Virus record (IMG/VR): IMGVR_UViG_3300037882_001881
Span: 4,784 to 68,783 of that record
DNA length: 64,000 nucleotides
Strand: one strand, 5' to 3'
Source: a virus
Below are positions 49,760 through 58,667 of this stretch, piece by piece; position 1 is the stretch's first letter; every line of letters begins with the position of its first letter. The position numbers and the translations under genes were made by a program. The notes under the pieces are model-generated. The model had not been told where the DNA came from. It made no database searches and saw nothing but the letters and a program-made list of their open reading frames with translations.

Positions 49760-49886
49760 GCACCCTCTCTAAATACTCGTCAACAGCCCTTCGGACCAAC
49801 TCAGATACACCCAAACCCTTGACGCGAGACAAGGTTCTGAGCGACTCGATCTGCGAATACGCTAGGTGGAAATTAACCCGCTTCAT
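49674..49886 (-). CDS. Ribbon-helix-helix (CopG-like) DNA-binding protein
   Basis: MKRVNFHL...LRTLSRVKGLGVSELVRRAVDEYL; GGAGG RBS. Confidence 0.85.
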   Translation of the reverse strand: MKRVNFHLAYSQIESLRTLSRVKGLGVSELVRRAVDEYLERVLVDENDDVKCVPGEREGVGEGVSQVRSF

Positions 49887-50288
49887 GAACACCCTCCTGT
49901 TTAGATCGGGATAAAAGGTGTGTATGAGTAGCACACTTCAGAAAATGCGAAAAGTCATCGTGGGGAGGAGTGAGGTTAGGTAACGGTACCCGGCGTCCGA
50001 AGGGGTGGGGGTCTGGTTCACTTTCCGGGGCCGAAGTTTTCCCAGGCCGACCCAGCCACGCCCACGCCTGCCGCTCGATCTCCGACCCATGTTTCGCTGT
50101 CCATGCGTCGCCAAGTCCTTTCTAGACAACAAGATAGACACACCGACCACGTGCAGCCTTAGGCCACAGCAGCCCACGCCTATAGCTCGCAACCCTCTAC
50201 GCACCAACGACTTGACGCCACGAAGCGAAAGCGTGTTTCATAGACCGAGCACCACCCAGCCGGATCGCTGTCAGTAGTTTCCCCTTCA

Positions 50289-50339
50289 GCAAAATGCTAC
50301 ACTTCTCGCTCCGAGAGTGTTGCAAAATGCTACACTTCT
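50289..50339 (+). repeat. Two 18-bp direct repeats GCAAAATGCTACACTTCT
   Basis: At 50289 and 50322 (33-bp spacing) in long intergenic region. Confidence 0.85.
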
Positions 50340-50829
50340 TGCCGTCCCGCCGGAACACCGCCGCCGAAACCGAGCAATCTCTAGCCACTCCCACCTCTCC
50401 TTCCTCCGTATCGCTCGTCACGTGTCCCGCTTTTGTCCCGCCGTTGGCCCATTGCCTTCACCGCTCACCAGTTCCACTCCTTGGCCTTCTCCGTTCCGCG
50501 TCTGCTCTCCCTTGCCTGTCTCTCTTCTCTCTTCCTTCTACGCCTTCGTTCGCCAGGGTCCGAGCCTTCCGCCTGCCCTGCTCTCGCCCGCTTCGTCCCG
50601 CCGGAACACCTCACCGCTTCACCGCTCCGGGCCGCTCGCCCGTCTCCGTCTCTTGCCGCCATGTCCGACCGTCCCGATCGACCTCTCTTTGTCCACTTTT
50701 CTACATTCTGACAAATTCTCTCACTCTGGCGTTGACTGAATCTCGATCATCTGCTCTATTACGCCTCGCCAGGGTCCAACCCTCCCTGCTCAGTGCCGCA
50801 CGTCACGGATCGTGCCGAGAAACGCCGTC

Positions 50830-51018
50830 ATGTTCTCCGCCCTTGCTCCCTGCTTTAGCTCAACCAAACTCTGGTTCGTTCACGTCCCGGTCAATCGTGC
50901 TATGTGGTCTCTCGTGTGCCACGCTCGCCAGTATGGCAGCGGCCAGGGCTGGAACGCTGAGCAAACCGCCGCACTCCACGAGCACTACCAAACGCTCATT
51001 GCTCTTGCTTCGTTCTAA
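50830..51018 (+). CDS. Small hypothetical protein
   Basis: First ORF of plus-strand island; weak support. Confidence 0.4.
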   Translation: MFSALAPCFSSTKLWFVHVPVNRAMWSLVCHARQYGSGQGWNAEQTAALHEHYQTLIALASF

Positions 51019-51101
51019 TCTTCAACAGGGTCGGAACGCTCCGACCCTGTCGATATATCCCGTGAGTGATGGACCTCACACCGATCAGAAAGGGCACACA
51101 A

Positions 51102-52709
51102 ATGCCGACAGTCACCTATTCCCCCGAAGACAACAAAATCCGCCTCTATGTTGGCAGGGTTCCCCGCGACGAGTACGAGACGCTCAGGGCCGCAGGCTTC
51201 GTCTCCACCCCCAAACAGAACTGCGATTTTGTCGCCACTTGGACCCCTGGACGCGAAGACCTCGCGAAAGAGTACCTTGAAGACGGTGAAGACATTGGCG
51301 ACGAGGACTACAGCCCTGAAGAGCGTGCCGCCGACAGGGCCGAACGCTTCGGAGGCTATCGAGACAAGCGAGCCACTGAAGCCGGTGCCGCTGCTGATGT
51401 GTTCGAGTCAGGGCCGCAGGCTTTCGGCTCCCAATCTCTCGCCAGGGCCGAGCGTCAGGCCCGCCGACACGATCGGCACCGCGTCTACGCTGTCTCTCAG
51501 TGGTCTAAGGCTGAGTACTGGCAGCAACGCACCGCCGGAGTGATCGCCAACGCTCTCTATAAATCCTCGCCGCATGTTCGCAGGGGCCGCATCTTGACCC
51601 TCGAAGCCGAACAGCGGAAACAACTCGCGTCGATCGCAGAGTCACAGGCGCGATACGATGCTTGGCACCGACTCGCCACGATGGAAGGAGCCGACGACAT
51701 GCTTCCGCTCAACGAGGATGGCTATGTCTCCGGCGAGCTGAACCCAGCCCAACGGCTTGCCTGCACGCTCGCCAATCACGGCAACGGCTGGTCCTCATTC
51801 TGGCACCCTACATGCGAAGCCGCTAACGAGAAGTCGAGGGAGGTCCACAAGACCTACGGCGCAGGGTTCAGCCCTTACGACCTGTTGACCAAGACCGTTT
51901 ACATTGGCACACAGTTCGACCGCCTGACACCACGCCAAGTCGCCCAGCTCTACGTCAACAAATACACGAACCCAAGCAACCCCGGCACACACTCGCAACG
52001 ATGGGCGAGCCATTACGAACTTCGCTTAGAGTATGAAAACGACATGCTTGCCAACGAGGGCGGAATGGTCGGCGAAGCTGACATCGAGGTCGGCGGTTGG
52101 ATTCGTGGCGCAGACACAGAAACTTGGCTGCGACGTCTGCCTGCTGTTACGTGGCACCAAATCCAGGGAATCTCTCGCTCACCAAAGACCAAGCGAGTCA
52201 CGAGCGTTAAAGTCAACGGCTTCACCCGCAGCGAAATCGAGAAGAACAACGGAAAGCCAGTCTTGGTCAGCGTCAACATCGAGCGTCTCGGCGAAGGTTG
52301 CTACAGGGCACCGACAGACGAGGAGCGGGCCGCATTCTCAGCCACAAAGAAAACCCTGAAGGCTGCGACGCCATCAACCCCGACAATCAATCCCACTCTC
52401 AAAGATGCTCAAGCCCTTCAGGACTTTTGGAACGCCGAAGCTCTTTCCGGCGGGAAAACGACCAAGGTCGTCGAGGTACGCCAGATGACACAGGCGGAGT
52501 TCAGCGGTCGCCTCAAGCATGAGCACGCCCAAATCTCTACGCACACCCTCGGAGGCCAACGCCTCAAGCTACGCACTGCCAGGGGCGGAGGCTTCTACGA
52601 TTACCGCGCCGCCCGTCAAGTTATCGTCCTGACCGACAAGCCGCAGAAGTCATTGCCTCCCAATTGGGCCGTCGTCGAAACCTCAACGCCTGAACTCGTC
52701 GAGGCGTAG
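51102..52709 (+). CDS. DUF3560-like domain protein
   Basis: ATWTPGREDLA...DED....ERAADRAERF..Y..KR, AEYWQQR, RRGRI..LEAEQRK. Confidence 0.8.
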   Translation: MPTVTYSPEDNKIRLYVGRVPRDEYETLRAAGFVSTPKQNCDFVATWTPGREDLAKEYLEDGEDIGDEDYSPEERAADRAERFGGYRDKRATEAGAAADVFESGPQAFGSQSLARAERQARRHDRHRVYAVSQWSKAEYWQQRTAGVIANALYKSSPHVRRGRILTLEAEQRKQLASIAESQARYDAWHRLATMEGADDMLPLNEDGYVSGELNPAQRLACTLANHGNGWSSFWHPTCEAANEKSREVHKTYGAGFSPYDLLTKTVYIGTQFDRLTPRQVAQLYVNKYTNPSNPGTHSQRWASHYELRLEYENDMLANEGGMVGEADIEVGGWIRGADTETWLRRLPAVTWHQIQGISRSPKTKRVTSVKVNGFTRSEIEKNNGKPVLVSVNIERLGEGCYRAPTDEERAAFSATKKTLKAATPSTPTINPTLKDAQALQDFWNAEALSGGKTTKVVEVRQMTQAEFSGRLKHEHAQISTHTLGGQRLKLRTARGGGFYDYRAARQVIVLTDKPQKSLPPNWAVVETSTPELVEA

Positions 52710-52795
52710 CAGATGGCAGGGCTGAGCCGTTCAGCCCTGTAATGCACTCCGGCGGAGCGTCCCGCCGGAACGGTCCAAAGTCCGAGGCTCTCACC

Positions 52796-53431
52796 ATGTC
52801 ACGATCCACCGGAATCCTCCGCCTGCGGCACCTTCGCGAAGTCACCGAGGCCAGGGCCGAAGAGATGGCCGCTCAGGCTCCTCGCTTCCAGAGACTTACC
52901 CGCGAAGACTCTGCCCCACGGGCTATCTCGTCGTTCAATCTCTTTCAGACTCCGCCGTCACTTGCTGCCAGGGTCGTAGCCTTGCTCGGTCGCACTGGCC
53001 GCACCCTGGAGCCGTCCGCCGGTCTCGGTCGCCTTTACCTCGCCGCCCGTGCTGCTGATCCATCCTCGCCCTTTGTGCTAGTTGAGCAGTCGCCCGACTG
53101 CTGCGGTGAGCTTTACAGGGCCACAGCAAACGACCACGACTGCCGGTTGATCCAGGGCGATTTTCTCGCCCAATCACCAACTTCGCTCGGACTGTTCGAT
53201 TGCGTTGTGATGAATCCCCCGTTCAAGATGGGGCGAGACGTCAAGCACATCGAGCACGCTTTGCGGTTCCTCGCCCCTGGTGGTCGCCTCGTCTCGATCT
53301 GTGGCACAGGGTCGAGACGTCAACCGTTGTTCGATCGTGCCTCCCAAGTGATCCCACTGCCGCCCGGCTCATTCCGTTCCGAGGGGACAGGGGCCGAGGC
53401 TTCGATTGTTGCTTTCGATCAGGGCCGGTAG
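52796..53431 (+). CDS. N6-adenine DNA methyltransferase-like protein
   Basis: NLFQTPP, LEPSAGLG (motif I), GDFL, FDCVVMNPPF (motif IV), F..EGT. Confidence 0.9.
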   Translation: MSRSTGILRLRHLREVTEARAEEMAAQAPRFQRLTREDSAPRAISSFNLFQTPPSLAARVVALLGRTGRTLEPSAGLGRLYLAARAADPSSPFVLVEQSPDCCGELYRATANDHDCRLIQGDFLAQSPTSLGLFDCVVMNPPFKMGRDVKHIEHALRFLAPGGRLVSICGTGSRRQPLFDRASQVIPLPPGSFRSEGTGAEASIVAFDQGR

Positions 53432-53490
53432 GTTCCAGCCCTGTCTCCCCACGTGCCGCAGGTCACGGACCCTGCAAAGGACTATTCGTT

Positions 53491-53706
53491 ATGCCAGCAC
53501 AACGCACAATCTTAGGCGCAGACTGCGACTGCCAGGGCTGCAACGTACCGCTATTTGCCGGGGAGGTCGGATATCGAGACCCGGAGACAGGGATCGTTGC
53601 CTGCTCCCCTGCTCATCTGGCCGACGCAGTTCAAGAGCGTGAGGATTTTGATTTGATCGCTCTGTTTCACTACAATTTCGACCAGGGCGGGAGGGTTCTA
53701 GCGTGA
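53491..53706 (+). CDS. Small Cys/His protein
   Basis: CQGC...CSPAH; AAGGA RBS. Confidence 0.55.
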   Translation: MPAQRTILGADCDCQGCNVPLFAGEVGYRDPETGIVACSPAHLADAVQEREDFDLIALFHYNFDQGGRVLA

Positions 53707-53809
53707 CACTTGGCACCCTGCTCGCTCTACTCCCTGTTGCCGCTGTCTTGGCCGCAGGGCTGATTGCTTCGTTTGAACATCCAGCCCGATAACATCAAAG
53801 GAAACGACC

Positions 53810-54010
53810 ATGAACTACGAAGTACGAACCGCGAACCACATCGAAAACACCGACCTTGACGGCGAAGTCTTTGCCACGCGAGAGGAAGCCGACCTGGCCG
53901 CTGCAATGGTTCGCTCCGATTACGGAGCTACCAAAAACGAATGCGACGTGTGCGAAACCAGCAGTGCGGTGACTACGACTTTCGCGGACTGGAACGCGAA
54001 AGGGTGGTAA
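53810..54010 (+). CDS. Small hypothetical protein
   Basis: AAGGA RBS; FATREEA motif. Confidence 0.65.
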   Translation: MNYEVRTANHIENTDLDGEVFATREEADLAAAMVRSDYGATKNECDVCETSSAVTTTFADWNAKGW

Positions 54011-54146
54011 CACGCACACCGCCCAGCATCCTGATCTAGCGAACGCATCAAAAGGCATTGCGGCATTGCTTAATTTCACAGGGCTGGTACGCTCCAGCCC
54101 TGTCTATTTTTCTCCCGCCGGTGAGGGACCGACAAAAGACAACTAT

Positions 54147-54566
54147 ATGACCAACTCGGAAACCCACACTCTGCCGCGCACGGGGCAACCGCCGCTCCGT
54201 GTCGTCGGCACACTCGTTTACAGGGCCAGCAGCAGGCAGACCCCAACAAAGAAGGGTCGGCCCCTGGAGACTCGCTGGCATGAGCTGTCGGTCTATCTCT
54301 CTGAGTCCGGCCAGACGGTCGGTCACATCAGCTATCGCACCGAGTGGCCAGGGGAACTTGACGACGCATTGGCCAGGGTCGCTCCGATCCCTGACCTCGT
54401 CCGTTGGCTCGAAGACCACGACCCGACCGGAGCCGTTGTCGGTTTTCCGGCGGGACGGGGATTTGCCGACCGCCAGTCGGCCCTGCTCACAGCGGTCGAA
54501 CACGGGTACGATCGTGCCCTGAGTGAGCTGCTCGCAGGGCTGGGAGTGACCGAAACCGTCGAATAG
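54147..54566 (+). CDS. Hypothetical protein
   Basis: LPRTGQPPLRVVG...RWHELSVY...TEWPGE. Confidence 0.65.
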   Translation: MTNSETHTLPRTGQPPLRVVGTLVYRASSRQTPTKKGRPLETRWHELSVYLSESGQTVGHISYRTEWPGELDDALARVAPIPDLVRWLEDHDPTGAVVGFPAGRGFADRQSALLTAVEHGYDRALSELLAGLGVTETVE

Positions 54567-54646
54567 TCATCCCGTCCCGCCGGAACGCGGGAACGCGGGA
54601 CAATCTTAGGCGCAGATTAGGCTGCGGCAATGCAGTGTAATCTGCG

Positions 54647-55009
54647 TTATGCCGATCCAAGAAGCTCGATCGCCGTTCGCAGCGACCGTGCCCAGCCATG
54701 AGCCGTGTTTCCCGCCGCGAGACTTTGACCCACGATCGCCTTTCGCACACTTGCCGGCGTCGATTTCGGCAAGTCCCAATCTTCCAAAAACTCAGACGGC
54801 ATTCCTTCTCCGCGAACCATCTCGGCAGCCACCTTGACCAGCAGACTTTTTGCTCGCTCCACCGGACTCAGCGGACTTGGTGGCTCAGGCTTCCGCACGA
54901 CCCGCGTGTCTTGCGAGCCGCACTTGGTGCAGAGCACATGCGGCACGATGTTGTCTTCGTGCTCAGCCGTGTTTCCGCAATCCCAACATCGTCGTTCGTG
55001 TAACGGCAT
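54647..55009 (-). CDS. Zinc-ribbon protein
   Basis: CWDC...CTKCGS; GAGG RBS. Confidence 0.65.
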   Translation of the reverse strand: MPLHERRCWDCGNTAEHEDNIVPHVLCTKCGSQDTRVVRKPEPPSPLSPVERAKSLLVKVAAEMVRGEGMPSEFLEDWDLPKSTPASVRKAIVGQSLAAGNTAHGWARSLRTAIELLGSA

Positions 55010-55103
55010 AACAATTTCCTCTGCCGGACTGGGGTTAATCTTCTCTGACAGTTCTCGTTCTCTTCCTCGCCGGTGACTCATCGCCAGCCGGCAAGGAAAA
55101 GCG

Positions 55104-55451
55104 TTATGCGTCAAACTCACCCAACCCAAAAAGCAACTCTTCCACTTCCTTCATCTCGCAGTTGTCCGCATGCTTCCACGGTCGCGTTGGACTCCCGACA
55201 GTGTGGCACATGCGACACGTTTGGAAGTCACTCCCATGTACTCCGAAAGAATCCTTTGGGCACATCTTGTCGTACAAACGCTGCAAAACGTCGTGTGTAC
55301 GTGTGTCCCATCCGCATTCCATGCAGACATGCCCCATGAAGTCTTCGCCTGTCTGCTCGTGCAGCGCGTCCCATGCGGCCAGGCCACCAGAACAATGCGG
55401 TTCGTTTGAGCCGCGATCTTCTGGCTGTTGGTCGTCAATCGTGTCTTCCAT
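55104..55451 (-). CDS. Cys-rich hypothetical protein
   Basis: CMEC, CRMC, HADNC. Confidence 0.55.
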   Translation of the reverse strand: MEDTIDDQQPEDRGSNEPHCSGGLAAWDALHEQTGEDFMGHVCMECGWDTRTHDVLQRLYDKMCPKDSFGVHGSDFQTCRMCHTVGSPTRPWKHADNCEMKEVEELLFGLGEFDA

Positions 55452-55588
55452 CGTCTCTCACCTTTCGCGGCCAAACGACCGCAAGCGTTCCAAAGACTCA
55501 AATACCCTACCGCTGTCTTGATCCGGGTCAGACCTTCGTCTCGACGCTCTGCGTATCAGCGGCCACGATCAGAGCACCATCGGTTGTC

Positions 55589-55831
55589 TCACTTCCCGGC
55601 GGGCCGCTTGTCCAATTCTTTCTCGGCCAAGATCGCCGCCACGTCGTCGATGTGCAGGCAGTCGCACAAACAGGCGTAGTCGTTCGCCGCTTGAATAATC
55701 GCGATGTTGCCGTTGCAGTGGTCATTGCCCGGAACCGCGCTGTGAAGAACTCCGAAGGACTCAACCTTCCCGCCTTGGAGCTTCACGATCTTATCGCCGT
55801 TGTGGGCTTCTCGCCCGTTTCTGTAGTGCAT
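55589..55831 (-). CDS. Hypothetical phage protein
   Basis: MHYRNGREAHNGDKIV...CNG...CLCDCLHIDD; GGAG RBS. Confidence 0.7.
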   Translation of the reverse strand: MHYRNGREAHNGDKIVKLQGGKVESFGVLHSAVPGNDHCNGNIAIIQAANDYACLCDCLHIDDVAAILAEKELDKRPAGK

Positions 55832-55926
55832 CTCAACTCCCTTGCTTTGGAACAACTGCATGAACGGGACCGGTTCACGCTGTTTGAAGTAGTAGGCCGC
55901 AGTCCCCGGCCCGTTCTGGTTGCAAC

Positions 55927-56262
55927 CTAAAACGTCTTCCCGCCGTGCATTCGTTCCCGGCCCCGGTTCATAGCCATCTTTGCCACGATCGCCTCGCCGA
56001 CTCGCCACCCGCGAGCACATGCGGCATCCATTATCCGGATCACCACATCGGCAAGCTCGGCCTCGACGCCCTGGAACTCAGGGACTTTGTCGTCAGGGCC
56101 GTTACCGTGTCGCAACGCTTCCAGTGCCTCGGACAGTTCCGAGTGCATCAGGGCGATCATCTCGCCGTCGTTGCGATCCCTGTCCCACCAGCCTTTTTCC
56201 CTGGCTGTCTCGTGGACCTCTCTGGCTGTCTCACGCCACGTCTCAACAAACAAGTTTCCCAC
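55927..56262 (-). CDS. MazG-like nucleotide pyrophosphohydrolase
   Basis: IALMHSELSEALEALR, EAELADVVIRIMD, KMAMN..R..MHGGK. Confidence 0.88.
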   Translation of the reverse strand: MGNLFVETWRETAREVHETAREKGWWDRDRNDGEMIALMHSELSEALEALRHGNGPDDKVPEFQGVEAELADVVIRIMDAACARGWRVGEAIVAKMAMNRGRERMHGGKTF

Positions 56263-56276
56263 ACCAAGCTCCCCTA

Positions 56277-56540
56277 CTAAGAGTCCGACTCTTCTCGTAA
56301 TTCACACCGTTGGCAGTAGATACAAAATCGACACTCGATCTGTTTTCCCTGGCGGTCCTCGCGAGCTGTCCACGGTCCATAACTGTGCTCTACGCAACTC
56401 GTCGAGTAAACCGGGGCGTACTCCAATTCAACCTCGAATTTGAAACCGCACTTCTCGCACTCCATCTCACCGATATCGTCCTCGTGAAGTCCTGTCGGCT
56501 GATGCTCGTGCTCGCACTTCGGGCAGTCGATTGTGTCCAT
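56277..56540 (-). CDS. Zinc-ribbon protein
   Basis: CPKC...CEKC...CIYC. Confidence 0.65.
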   Translation of the reverse strand: MDTIDCPKCEHEHQPTGLHEDDIGEMECEKCGFKFEVELEYAPVYSTSCVEHSYGPWTAREDRQGKQIECRFCIYCQRCELREESDS

Positions 56541-56558
56541 TCCTGCCTCTCTCCCCTG

Positions 56559-57011
56559 TTAAAACGGAACGTCTCCATCACCGCCCGGCGGAGGGAACGC
56601 CCCTGCCGCTGCGTCGTAGTCAGGGCCATCCCCTTGATTGTTCGGCTCTTGTTGCTGACGAGGTGATCCACCATCACCCTTGCTGCCGAGCAACTGCATT
56701 GAGTCGCCGATAACCTTCAGTTTGCTTCTTTTCTGCCCTGACTCCTTATCCGTCCACGAGTCGAGCGACAGCTTTCCGCAAATCAGAATTGCCGACCCTT
56801 TGCGGCAGTATTCGGCACATACCTCGGCGGTCCTATTCCAAAGAGTCACATCCACAAACACGCACTTCTCTACCATCTCCCCAGACTTAGCTTTGTACTT
56901 CTCGTTTATCGCCAATCCAACCTCAGTAACCGCCGCACCTCCAGGGGTGTACTTCAATTGAACATCGCGGGTTAAATTTCCCATAAGAGTTACTTGATTC
57001 AGGCTTGGCAT
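56559..57011 (-). CDS. ssb: Single-stranded DNA-binding protein
   Basis: LNQVTLMGNLTRD...C-terminal DGDVPF. Confidence 0.96.
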   Translation of the reverse strand: MPSLNQVTLMGNLTRDVQLKYTPGGAAVTEVGLAINEKYKAKSGEMVEKCVFVDVTLWNRTAEVCAEYCRKGSAILICGKLSLDSWTDKESGQKRSKLKVIGDSMQLLGSKGDGGSPRQQQEPNNQGDGPDYDAAAGAFPPPGGDGDVPF

Positions 57012-57682
57012 TCTTGCATCTCCTTGCGTTGTCTTGTTCTCTTTGGCGGCATTGTAAATATCACACCCACTGCCAAACCAATTTTGAGGCGATGCCTCGC
57101 AGTCGAGTACGGAACATTGTAAATCTCGCACCACTCTTTGAGGCACCTAGTGACGCCATCTATGGCTATCATCCTGTTGTCCCTTCTGTTTCTCTGCTGC
57201 TCCTTCTTTGTTGCCCATCGACAGTTTCCAGGCTCGTAATTGCCGTTCATGTCAGGCCATCTGTCGAGCGTTTTTCCTTCGGGACGAACTCCCATATCGC
57301 TCAAAAAGTCCTCGAATGAATTCATCCATCTTTCACACACGGTTATACCGCGACCACCATAGCTACTGTATTCCGTGGCCTTTTCATTTGTGCATCGTGC
57401 CTTCATCGTTGCCCACGTATAATAAGTCCCCGACTTGTGCATTCCGTGCTTCACATTCCTCCTGCCAAATCGTTCCTCTCTCAGGCATCCACAGTGACCA
57501 GTTATTTTTGCTGATCCATGCTGTAGGATGATCGTGCCTCCACAATCACAATTCCACATCCAGTGATACGCTGCTTCACCTCTTCTCTCATGGGGGAGCT
57601 GTGCCACCAAGAGTCCGCACCTCACTCCTTTTATATCTCTGTACTTATTAACAGATACCTCTTTGCCTGACGCATCTTTCAT
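56999..57682 (-). CDS. HNH homing-endonuclease-like protein
   Basis: WATMKARC, YGGRGITVCERW, TLDR....GNYEPGNCRWAT; lower GC than flanks. Confidence 0.9.
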   Translation of the reverse strand: MKDASGKEVSVNKYRDIKGVRCGLLVAQLPHERRGEAAYHWMWNCDCGGTIILQHGSAKITGHCGCLREERFGRRNVKHGMHKSGTYYTWATMKARCTNEKATEYSSYGGRGITVCERWMNSFEDFLSDMGVRPEGKTLDRWPDMNGNYEPGNCRWATKKEQQRNRRDNRMIAIDGVTRCLKEWCEIYNVPYSTARHRLKIGLAVGVIFTMPPKRTRQRKEMQECQA

Positions 57683-57693
57683 GCTCGAACTCC

Positions 57694-57794
57694 AACAAAA
57701 AACCGTTGGCTAAACGACTAGCGGATCGTCCAACCAACGGCCAAGCTCTGCTTTCGCAGAGATGTGAATTTTGAAGCCGCCGCTAGACAGCTTC
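57694..57794 (-). ncRNA. Structured leader/attenuator with complementary loops upstream of HNH gene
   Basis: GAAGCTG-TCTAGCGG-CGGCTTC, GAAA-tetraloop hairpin, CCGTTGG..ACGA-TCCGCTAG-TCGT..CCAACGG then TTTTTTG. Confidence 0.6.
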
Positions 57795-57825
57795 CGTTGG
57801 AATCGGCACATAGAGAAATCTGTTA

Positions 57826-58380
57826 TTACTTCTTTAGCAGCAACCACTGAATCATCTCCCTTTTGTAGTTCTCGTATGGCTCAGGGAGCTGACCCTGCGC
57901 CTCTAACCAATCGACAAACGGCACTCCCACGATCTTGCTCAACACGTCGGCGTCGAACTCTTTTGGCAGGGCCGGATCAATCTGGATGCCAGCCAGCTCG
58001 GTCAGCATCTCGTTATGCACCTGCTTCTGAAACTTGGCGTAGAGGCAGGCCATGCGGAACTCGTTCGGTGCCTTGTCGTGCCCGTAACTGTGAGCCGCCG
58101 CCCCGACTATGATCAGGTTCGTCCGCATCTCCTGCTCACGAGTCCCTCGCCCGAAGATGTGATGCACCTGCTTCTCGCTCGGCCCGTTCCAGCACAGGGA
58201 CCACTTGTGCCACACCAGCCCGTCGAGGTACGCACTGACCTCGCAGTGCGATACCTCCTGATGGTACGCCACGCAGGCCAAGGTCCGAGCCTTCTTTACC
58301 GACAGGGTTCTCTGCGCCGCAAGAATGTCGTCCGTGTCGTAGGCACGCCCCAACGCTTCGTTCCTGTCCTGCTGATCCAT
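57826..58380 (-). CDS. HNH-like nuclease-fold protein
   Basis: QVHHIFGRG...NLIIV....HSYGH. Confidence 0.6.
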   Translation of the reverse strand: MDQQDRNEALGRAYDTDDILAAQRTLSVKKARTLACVAYHQEVSHCEVSAYLDGLVWHKWSLCWNGPSEKQVHHIFGRGTREQEMRTNLIIVGAAAHSYGHDKAPNEFRMACLYAKFQKQVHNEMLTELAGIQIDPALPKEFDADVLSKIVGVPFVDWLEAQGQLPEPYENYKREMIQWLLLKK

Positions 58381-58397
58381 CAGGCTACCTCGGTCCA

Positions 58398-58667
58398 TTA
58401 TTTCTCGCTCCGTGCATCAGGGTCCGTCACGTCGTCGCTTGTCTGTCCCGCCGGAACGCTGTCACTTGCCGGGGGCGACTTCTGGTCGTCGAGGATCGCC
58501 TTTAGCGTCGCGTTCGCCTGTCGCCGGGGGTCTGGTCCCTCCGCCTCCGGTCCCTGCGGATTGACTGCGGTGAGCAGCAGCAGCAGGTTTGCCACCGTTT
58601 CCACCGCTCTCACCTCGTGGCTGTCCAGCTTGGGGATGTTCTGTCCGTTTTGGATCAATACTCGCAT
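58398..58667 (-). CDS. Hypothetical protein
   Basis: ORF MRVLIQNGQ; overlaps another candidate ORF. Confidence 0.4.
   Translation of the reverse strand: MRVLIQNGQNIPKLDSHEVRAVETVANLLLLLTAVNPQGPEAEGPDPRRQANATLKAILDDQKSPPASDSVPAGQTSDDVTDPDARSEK

Noticed and set aside
50294-51280. 328-aa plus-strand ORF
   Set aside because: Low-complexity Ser/Pro/Leu translation of pyrimidine-skewed DNA, overlapping the DUF3560-like gene out of frame.
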